From positions 1 through 27,835 of the IMG/VR virus record IMGVR_UViG_3300026187_000075: a DNA stretch of 27,835 nt; one strand, 5' to 3'. Shown here piece by piece: positions 1-10,300 of this stretch (its first letter is position 1; each line of letters opens with the position of its first letter). A program made the translations under genes and the position numbers. The notes beneath the pieces were generated by a model. That model was not told the origin of the DNA, searched no databases, and saw only the letters and a list, made by a program, of their open reading frames with translations. Source of the stretch: a virus. Its lineage: Duplodnaviria; Caudoviricetes.

Positions 1-3000
1 TAAAATCTGCTTCATATATATCAATAAAATTACCTTCATATGTTTCAGAGAAATTACCCTCATAAGCATTTTCATAGATCGCAGTGAATTGTGCAACGTA
101 TTCGGTTACATAGTTTCCGGTATATTCATCGGCAAAGTTACCGACATATTGACCTTCGAATGTCTCTTCGAATGTCCCAGTATATTGACCCTCAAATGTT
201 TCTATAAAATCTCCAGAGTAGTCAACAGAGAAGTTGCCTGAATAATTGTCTGTGAAATCACCCAGATATTGTCCTTCGAATGTTTCTACAAAGTCTCCCT
301 CATAAACTTCCTCGAAGTTACCGATATAGTCTTCGGTAAAGTTGCCTTCATATTGTCCTTCAAAGTTTTGTTCAAAGTCCCCACTGTAATCTACAGAGAA
401 ATTACCCGAATATGTTTGTTGGAAATTACCCTCATATTGTCCTTCAAATGTTTCTAGGAAATCACCCGAATAGTCTGTCGAGAAGTTACCAGAGTAATCT
501 GCTGTAAAGTTACCCGAATACTGTCCTTCAAACGTTTCTAGGAAATCACCAGAGTAGTCGACAGAGAAATTACCTGAATAATTCTCAAGGAAATCACCAG
601 AATACTGCCCTTGGAATGTCTCCAAGAAGTCACCAGAGTATTGTCCCTCAAACGTTTCTACGAAGTTGCCAGAGTATGGAACAGAGAAGTTACCACTGTA
701 CTGTTCCTGAATATACAAAGAGATGTAATCCGTACCATACAACGAAATGTAATCGGTCGAATAATCTTCGGTAAAGTTACCAGAGTAGTCTTCGGTAAAC
801 GTACCAGTATACTGACCTTCAAAGATTGTTTCGAAGGTGCCTGTATACTGACCTTGGAAGGCCTGTTCAAAATCACCACTGTATTCTTCGATAAAGTTTC
901 CGGTGTAATCTTCACTGAAGGTACCTGTGTATTGACCTTCGAAGATTGTTTCGAATGTTCCGGTGTACTGCCCTTGGAATGTCTCCTCAAAGTCCCCACT
1001 GTAATTCACCGAGAAATTACCCGAATATGGAGTAGAGAAGTTACCTGAATATTGACCCTCAAAGTTTTCTTCGAAGTTACCCGTATATTGCCCTTGGAAG
1101 GTTTCTAGGAAATCACCACTGTAATCCAGTGAGAAATCACCCGAGTATTGTTCTTGTGTATACGTTACACTGAAGTTACCACTATATTGTTCTTGAGTAT
1201 ATGTGACACTGAAGTCACCCGAATAATCCTCTTGAATATATGTCTCTTCAAAATCACCAGAATAAGTTTCCTCGAAATCTCCGGAATAGTTTACACTGAA
1301 ATTACCAGAGTAAGGATCAATAAAGTCACCGGAATATTGTCCTTCGAAGTTCTGAACAAAGTTACCACTATATTGACCTTGGAACGTTTCTACAAAGTCA
1401 CCCTCATATGGAGATGAGAAGTTTCCGCTGTACGCAACCGTGAAATCACCAATGTATTGACCTTCAAAGTTTTGTTCAAAGGTGCCTGTATATTGACCTT
1501 GGAACGTTTCTACAAAGTCACCCTCATATGTTACGAGGAAGTTGCCTTCATATGCAACGGTGAAATCACCCAGATATTGTCCTTGGAAATTTTGTTCGAA
1601 ATCGCCAGAGTAGTTTACACTAAAGTTACCAGAGTAAGGAACAATAAAGTCACCGGAATATTGCCCTTGGAATGTTGATACAAAGTCACCCGAATAGTCT
1701 GTCGAGAAGTTACCTGAATAATTCTCAAGGAAATCACCAGAATATTGCCCTTGGAATGTTTGTTCAAAATCACCCGAGTAGTTTGTCGAGAAGTTGCCAG
1801 AGTAATCTTCGACGAAGTTACCTGTATACTGGCCTTCAAATGCCTGAATAAAATCGCCGTCATAGGTTTGTACAAAGTTACCAGAGTAAGGAACTACGAA
1901 ATCACCTGTGTACTGACCTTGGAACGTTTGTAGGAAATCGCCCGAATAGTCTGTCGAGAAGTTACCAGAGTAATCTTCGACGAAGTTACCTGTATACTGG
2001 CCTTCAAATGCCTGAATAAAATCACCGGAGTAATTTAAACTAAAGTTTCCACTGTATGGAACGATGAAATCACCTGTGTATTGTCCTTGGAAAGTCTGTA
2101 AGAAATCACCAGAGTAATTCAGGGAGAAGTTACCAGAGTAATTCTCAAGGAAATCACCAGAATATTGCCCTTGGAAGTTGATTAAAAAATCACCAGAGTA
2201 ATTTAATGAGAAATTACCTGAATAATTCTCAAGGAAATCACCGGAATACTGACCTTCAAAGGTCTGTTCGAAATCACCAGAGTAATTCAGACTAAAGTTG
2301 CCCGAGTAAGGAACAACGAAATCTCCTGTGTATTGTCCTTGGAAAGTAGAGAGAAAATCACCCGAGTAATTTACACTAAAGTTACCTGAATAGTCTACGA
2401 CGAAATCGCCTGTGTACTGACCTTGGAACGTTTGTAGGAAATCACCAGAGTAATTCAGACTAAAGTTGCCCGAGTAAGGAACAGAGAAGTCACCAACGTA
2501 CTGGCCTTGGAAGTTGGTTAAAAAATCACCAGAGTAATTTAAACTGAAGTTTCCACTGTATGGAACGATGAAATCACCTGTGTACTGCCCTTGGAATGTC
2601 TGTACAAAATTTCCTAGGTATTGACCTTCGAAAGTCTGTAAGAAATCACCAGAGTAGTTAACAGAGAAATTACCAGAGTAAGGATCAATAAAGTCACCTG
2701 CGTATTGTCCTTCAAAATTCTGGATAAAATCACCAGAGTAGTTAACAGAGAAATTGCCCGAGTAAAACTCTATGAAATTACCTGTATACTGTCCTTCGAA
2801 ATTTTGGACAAAATTACCCGAGTAATTTACACTAAAATTACCTTCGTATGTTTGTTGCAAATATTGAACACTGAAGTTACCAGAGTAATCGACAGAGAAA
2901 TTACCTGAATAATCTGTAATAAAATTACCCGAATAAAATAAACTAAAGTTACCCGTATATTGCCCTTGGAAGTTGGTTAAAAAATCACCAGAGTAATTTT

Positions 3001-4320
3001 GAATAAAATCACCCGAGTAATTAGCTTGAACATAATTAGAATCAAATGTGCCTAGGTAATTTGTTTCAAACGTACCAGAATAATTTACACTGAAGTTACC
3101 CGAGTAATCTTCTTGAGTATAGAATGTTTCAAATGTACCTGTATATGTTTGTTCAAAAGTACCGAGGTAGTTTACACTGAAGTTACCAGAATAATTTTCC
3201 TGTGCATAATTGTCTTCGAATGTACCCGTGTAATTTAATTCAAACGTCCCGAGGTAATTCGTTTGGAAATCACCTGTGTAAGTTTCTTGTGCGTATGTGA
3301 CACTAAAGTTACCCACGTAGTTTGTATCAAAGGTTCCCAGATAGTTGGTTTCAAAATTACCTGTGTAAGTTTCTTGGGCGTAATTGGTTGCAAAATTCCC
3401 AGCATAGTTTGTATCAAAGGTTCCCAGATAGTTGGTTTCAAAATTACCTGTGTAAGTTTCTTGGGCGTAATTGGTTGCAAAATTCCCAGCATAGTTTGTT
3501 TCAAACGTTCCCAGATAATTGGTCTGGAAATTACCTGTGTAAGTTTCTTGGGCGTAGGTAACACTAAAGTTACCCGCATAGTTTGTTGCGAATGTACCCG
3601 TATAGTTTACACTAAAGTTACCTGTATAGTTTTCTTGAACATACAGAGAATCAAATGTGCCTAGGTAATTTGTTTCAAACGTTCCCAGATAGTTGGTTTC
3701 AAAATTACCCGTATAGTTTTCTTGAGTGTAAGTTAAAGCGAAATTACCTGCATAGGTTAAAACAAAATCTCCAGAATAAGTTTGTTCGAAATTACCGATA
3801 TAATTGTTTTGCACATAAGTGACAGCGAAATTACCGATATAGTTTGTATTGAACGTTCCCAAATAGTTTAAACTAAAGTTACCAGTATAATCTGCTTGTA
3901 CATAGTTTTGTAAGAAGTCATTACTGAACTGTTGAGTAAATTGTGATGTAAAATCTTGTTCAAAATTACCCGTGTAGTTTTCTTGAGTATACGCTTGAAC
4001 AAATGTTCCCGAGTATGGTTGTGCAAAATTGCCAACGTATGTGGTTTCAAAATTACCTGTGTAGTTTTCTTGAGTGTAAGTTACAGCGAAATTACCTGTA
4101 TAAGTTGCACTAAAGTTACCGACATAACCTTGTATAAAGTTACCAGTATAGTTCGATTCGTTATAAGTTGCCGTAAAATCACTTGAAAACTGTTGTAAAA
4201 AAGTTCCGGTAAAATTAGTTTCAAACGTTCCCAAATAGTTTTGTGTAAAGGTGTTGGAAAACTGTGTTTCAAAATTACCTGTGTAGTTTTCTTGAGTGTA
4301 AGTTACAGCGAAATTACCTA
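1..4320 (-). repeat. C-terminal (return) arm of [Y/F]xxx tetrapeptide repeats, 12-nt base period with 84/87-nt super-period
   Basis: Translates to YSGNF/YSGDF/FQGQY/YxQENY units. Super-period is 87 nt in 3019-4150 and mostly 84 nt in 148-2788. Confidence 0.95.
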
Positions 4321-7300
4321 AATATGATGCAGTGAAGTTACCAATGAAGTTACCTGTATATTGCGCTGTTACCGGACCTTGATAGGTTACAGTAGAATCT
4401 GTACTGAAATTACCTGTATATTGTGTACCATATGCTATGGTAAAGACAGAAGTAAAGAAACCAGTAAAGTAAGCTGGAGGAACATATCGTGCAATAGAAT
4501 AATAACCACCACCGGCACCATCAGAAGCGAAGAAAGTCCCTCTATAATAAGTGTATCCATCAGTACCAGTTTGTGGTGATGAAGCTCCCGGCGGCACAGA
4601 GGCGCTTACAAAGAAAACCTGCGAACTATCCCAAAGACCTACAGAGCCTTGTACGAAACCACTATCAAGCCAATGGTACACGTTTTGTGTGTAAAGATAT
4701 CCAGAAAAGTTGCCGGGGTAACCATACTGTTGACTAAAGTTACCCGTATAAAATAATGTCGGGCCCGACTGATACTGTTGTGTGAAATCTCCAATAAAGT
4801 TACCAGTGTACCCCTGTTGCGTATTTCGTTCGTAGACTTGTGTAAAAGTACTAGTAAAACTCGAAGAGAAACCCACTGAAAAATTACCAACGTACTGCCC
4901 TTGGAAAGTAGATAGGAAAGTACCCAAATAGTTCTGTGTAAAACTATTAGAAAACTGTGTCTCGAACGTTCCTAGATAATTCGTCTGGAAATTACCAGTA
5001 TAAAATAAACTGAAGTTACCAGTATAATTAGCTTGGAATGTTTGTAAGAAATCACCATCAAAGTTTTGGGTAAAACCAGCAGAAGAGAAATTCTGTACAA
5101 AGTTACCAACGTATTGTCCTTGGAAGTTGGTTTCAAAATTACCCACGTAAGGTTGAGTAAATTGACTTGTAAAATCCTGTTCGAAGTTACCCGTATATTG
5201 TCCTTGGAAGGTACCAAGGAAAGTACCAGAATAATCAATAGAGAAATTACCAGTATAAAATAAACTGAAGTTACCAGTATATTGCCCTTGGAAAGTACTT
5301 AAAAAATCAGCTGAAAAATTAGTTTCGAACGTTCCCGCATATGTTTGTTGAAAGTTACCTAGATACTGCCCTTGGAATGTCTGTACGAAAGTACCAACGT
5401 AATTTACACTGAAATTGCCTGAATAGTTTTGAACGAAATCACCCGTGTACTGCCCTTGGAAAGTAGATAGGAAAGTGCCAGTGAAGTTAGTCTCAAATGT
5501 TCCCAGATAGTTTGTTTCAAACGTACCTGTGTATTGCCCTTGGAAATTGAGAGTGAAATCAGATGAAAATTGAGTTTCGAACGTTCCCGTATATGTTTCA
5601 ACAAAGTCACCAGAGTACTGACCCTCGAAGTTAGATAAAAACGTACCAGTGAAATTGGTCTCGAATGTTCCTGTGTACGTTTGAACGAAATCACCCAAAT
5701 ACTGCCCTTGGAAGTCCGATAAGAAAGTGCCAGTGAAGTTCGTTTCAAATGTTCCTGTATACGTTTGAACGAAATCACCCAAATACTGCCCTTGGAAGTC
5801 CGATAAGAAAGTGCCAGTGAAGTTCGTTTCAAATGTTCCTGTATATGTTTGTTGAAAGTTACCTTGATATTGACCTTCGAAATTTGATAAGAAAGTGCCA
5901 GTGAAGTTAGTCTCAAATGTTCCCAGATAGTTTGTTTCAAACGTACCAACATATTGCCCTTGGAAGTTTTGAACAAAGTCACCCGAATAATTTGTTTCGA
6001 AATCACCAGTGTAGCTTGTCTCAAATGTACCTAGGTACTGCCCTTGGAACGCTTGTACAAAGTCTCCACTATAATCTGTGTCAAACGAACCAGTGTAGTT
6101 CGTTTCAAACGTACCGACATATTGACCTTCGAAGTTTACACTGAAATTGCCTGAATAATTTACACTGAAGTTACCAGAATAATCTTCCTGCACATAGTTT
6201 TGTAGGAAATCATTTGAGAAATCCTGTTCAAAGTCACCAGAGTAATTTACAGAAAAATCACCAGAATAGTTAATCGAAACGGACTCTCCCATCCATCCAA
6301 ACAATGGTTCTTCGTCGTCAGTTGCATCATTGACAGTGACAAGGTAGACATCAGTACCTTCGAATTTCCATAGAGTATTTGAATTGAAGTTTGCCGCAGA
6401 TCCTGAATCTAATGCAATATCACCCGCAACACCAAAACCAGATGTTCCTTCACGGAAAAATACAGAAGGACTGGTCGCATTACCAGACGCATAGAAAGTT
6501 TCATGAAGAACCCAAGAAGATCCGTTCCAACTAGAAACCTGAACAGAACCACTATTGGGTACAACCAAATGGAAGTCTGACAGAACACCGGCGTGCATGT
6601 AGTGGGACGATAGATATTCCGTACCAACACCTTGACACGCATCACCACCCGCTCCATCCGCAATCTCTACAGCAACACAGGGGTTCGCATCAGCAACCCT
6701 GTATGTCGCATTTGTTGAAGGAGCCGCATTGTTTACAGATGATTCAACTCCATTTCGTCGACGATAAACCACGGTAGATGCCGGAGTCAACATCATATAG
6801 TCCGCACCAGACTGGATTGCACTCGCAACCATTTCTACGTCTGACTCGAAGAACACCCATGCGTTCAATGTTGAGGTAGAATAAGTCGCAACCGTTCCTG
6901 CGGTCAAACTTACTGTCGTGGTTGCTGTTCCACTAATACCACCCACAACATTGTCGTAGACAGTAACTGTACCGTTTTCCTTCGCATAGAAGTAGACGGT
7001 CATAGGTGCGTTACGGTTTGCGTAATTACCGAACAAAGTTCCTCTCATATTCCAAGGGATTGGTACGTGGTTAGCACCCCAGTCTTGAATATGGAAAGGT
7101 TTTCCGTTGGTAAATAGAATGTCACCTTGAGAAACAGAAATGGTTCCGGTTTGAGACGCAGCCGTTGAACCTACAACCGTTGTGACAGTGCCACCACTGT
7201 CTTTGTAAATAATGGTACCCGATTCGTAAATAGAATAATTTACGGTGGCGTTGGTCATTATGATGTATTCACCCAGACCACTATTTCGACGATAGTCTAT

Positions 7301-10300
7301 ACCAATATAGTCAGAAACAAAATCACCCGAATAAGTTTGTACAAAATCACCCGAGTATTGTTCTTGTACATAGTTTTGTAGGAAATCATTTGAAAAATCT
7401 TGTTCAAAGTCACCCGAATAATTTAGACTGAAGTTACCAGAATATTGTGACTGTGCGTAATTACTAACAAAATTACCATCATAAGTTTGTTCAAAATCGC
7501 CACTGTAATTTACGCTGAAGTTACCAGAATATTGTTCTTGGACGTAGTTCTGTACAAAATTACCCGTGTAGTTTTCTTGAGTATAAGTTTCGACAAAGTT
7601 ACCCGAGTAAGTTTGTTCAAAGTCACCGCTGTAGTTTACGCTGAAGTTACCACTGTAGTTTTCTTGAACATATGTTTCAACGAAATTACCTTCGTATGTT
7701 TGTTCAAAGTCGCCAGAGTAATTTACACTAAAGTTACCAGAGTAATCGTCCTGTACATAATTCTGGACGAAATTACCAGCATATGTTTCTTCGAAGTCAC
7801 CAGAGTAATTTACGCTGAAGTTACCAGAGTAATTGTCTTGGATATAAGTCGCAACAAAATTACCATCGTATGTTTGTTCAAAGTCACCACTATAGTTTAC
7901 GCTGAAATTACCAGAATATTGTTCTTGAGTATATGTGACACTAAAATTACCCGAGTATGTCTCTTCGAAGTCACCCGAATAATTTACACTAAAGTTACCA
8001 CTGTAGTTTTCTTGGATATAAGTTACACTGAAATTACCAGAGTATGTCTCTTCGAAATCACCAGAGTAATTTACACTAAAGTTACCAGAGTAATCATCCT
8101 GTACATAATTCTGAACAAAGTTACCAGAGTACGTCTCTTCAAAATCACCTGAATAGTTTACACTGAAATTACCGCTGTATGAATCTTGAACGTAGTTTTG
8201 TTCAAAATCACCAGAATATGTTTCTTCGAAGTCGCCCGAGTAATTTACACTAAAGTTACCACTGTAGTTCTCTTGAATATAATTCTGAACAAAGTTACCC
8301 GAGTATGTTTCCTCGAAGTCACCGGAATATGGTACAGAGAAATTACCACTGTAAGAATCTTGTACGTAGTTTTGTTCAAAATCACCCGAATAGGTTTCTT
8401 CGAAGTCACCCGAATAATTTAGACTGAAGTTACCAGAATAATCTTCTTGAGTGTATGTGACACTAAAGTTACCAGAATATGTTTCTTCGAAGTCACCAGA
8501 GTAATTTACACTAAAGTTACCACTGTAGTTTTCTTGAATGTATGTGGCACTAAAGTTACCGTCATAATTCTGTTCAAAGTCACCCGAATAATTTAGACTG
8601 AAGTTACCACTGTAGTTTTCTTGAACATAATTCTGTACGAAGTTGCCTTCATATGCAGTTAAAAAATCGCCCGAATATGGTTCAATGAAATTACCACTGT
8701 AGTTGTCTTGGGCATAATTCGTCTCAAATGTTCCGAGGTACTGTTCTTGCACATAGGTTGCAATGAAGTTGCCCTCATAGGTTTGTTCGAAGTCACCTTC
8801 ATATACAGTAACAAAATTACCACTATAATCTTCTTGAGTGTATGTTACAGAAAAATCACCCGAGTATTGTTCCTGCACATAATTTTCTACAAAGTTACCC
8901 GAGTATGTTTCCTCGAAGTCACCGGAATAGTCTATGCTAAAATTACCAGAATAATCTGTTAAGAAATTACCAGAGTATTGCCCTTGGAAGTTGGTTAGGA
9001 AATCTCCTGAATATTGTCCTTCAAACGTTTCTAGGAAATCACCCGAATATTGACCTTCGAAGGTCTGAACGAAATTACCCGAATAATTTACACTGAAATT
9101 ACCAGAGTAATCTTCTTGGGTGTACGTAGTCTCAAAGGTTCCTGAATATTGTTCCTGAACATACGTAGTTTCAAAATCACCAGAGTAATTTTCAATGAAG
9201 TCACCAGAATAATCCAGTGTGAAATTACCAGAATAATCTTCTTGAGTATAGACTGTCTCAAACGTACCAAGATATTGTTCCTGTACATAATTCAGTTCGA
9301 AGTCGCCCGAATAGGTCTCTTCAAAATCACCAGAATATGGAATACTGAAATTACCTGAATAATCTTCTTGAGTATAGACTGTCTCAAAGGTTCCTGAATA
9401 TTGATCTTGAAGATAGTTGGTCTCAAAATCACCCGAATAATTTACAGAGAAATCACCCGAGTAATTAATAGAGAAGTTGCCTTCATACCCTTCAGTGAAA
9501 TTACCTTCGTATTGACCTTCGAAAGTCTGTAAGAAATCACCCTCGTAGGTTACAACGAAATCGCCCGTATATTGTTCTTGAGTATAGGTGACACTGAAAT
9601 TACCCGAATAGTCGTTCTGAATATATGTGACACTAAAGTTACCAGAATATGTTTCTTCGAAGTCACCAGAGTAATTTGTTGAGAAGTTTCCTGAATATTG
9701 TTCCTGAACATATAAGGTGACATAATCTGTCGCATATGTCTCTTCGAAATCACCCGAATAGTTTACACTGAAATTGCCCGAGTATTGTTCCTGAACATAA
9801 GTCGAGACGTAATCTGTCAAATACCCTTCAATAAAATCTCCACTGTAGTCCAGTGAAAAATTACCTGAATATTGTTCTTGGACATACAACGAAACATAAT
9901 CAGTCGCATATGTCTCTTCGAAGTCACCAGAATACGAAACGGTAAAGTTACCCGAATATTGTTCCTGAACATACAATTCTTCGAAAACGGCACCATACGT
10001 CTCTTCGAAGTCACCCGAATAGTCTACACTAAAGTTACCAGAGTAATTGTCTTGGACATACGTAGTTTCGAAGGTACCCGTATACTGATCTTGAATATAC
10101 AATGATTCGTATTCTGATACATATGTTTCGACATAATCAGTGAGGTAACCCGAAACGTAATCAGAAATATATTGATCTCTCAAGTAGAAAGAAATATAAT
10201 CTGTACTGTAAGGAATAATATCAGTGTTCAAATACTGTACACTGAATATACCCGTGTATTCTTCTTGTATATAATTGGTAACGTATTCGGTCAGATAGTT

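Noticed and set aside
3318-5845. Diversity-generating retroelement template/variable repeat pair
   Set aside because: The copies are tandem and identical rather than differing at adenines, and no reverse transcriptase is in the window.
6192-7414. Intein, intron or IS element inside the giant gene
   Set aside because: No intein Cys/Ser start or His-Asn end, no homing-endonuclease or transposase motifs, and the frame is uninterrupted. It reads as a beta-rich structural domain.
148-10096. DNA inverted repeat or invertible segment as the cause of the mirror symmetry
   Set aside because: Both arms read in the same orientation on the same strand. The symmetry is in the order and spacing of peptide units, not reverse-complement identity, and no recombinase is in the window.
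1-10100. Possible CRISPR array or non-coding satellite
   Set aside because: All periods are multiples of 3 (12, 36/39, 84/87), variation is concentrated at synonymous positions, and there are no unique spacers between constant repeats.
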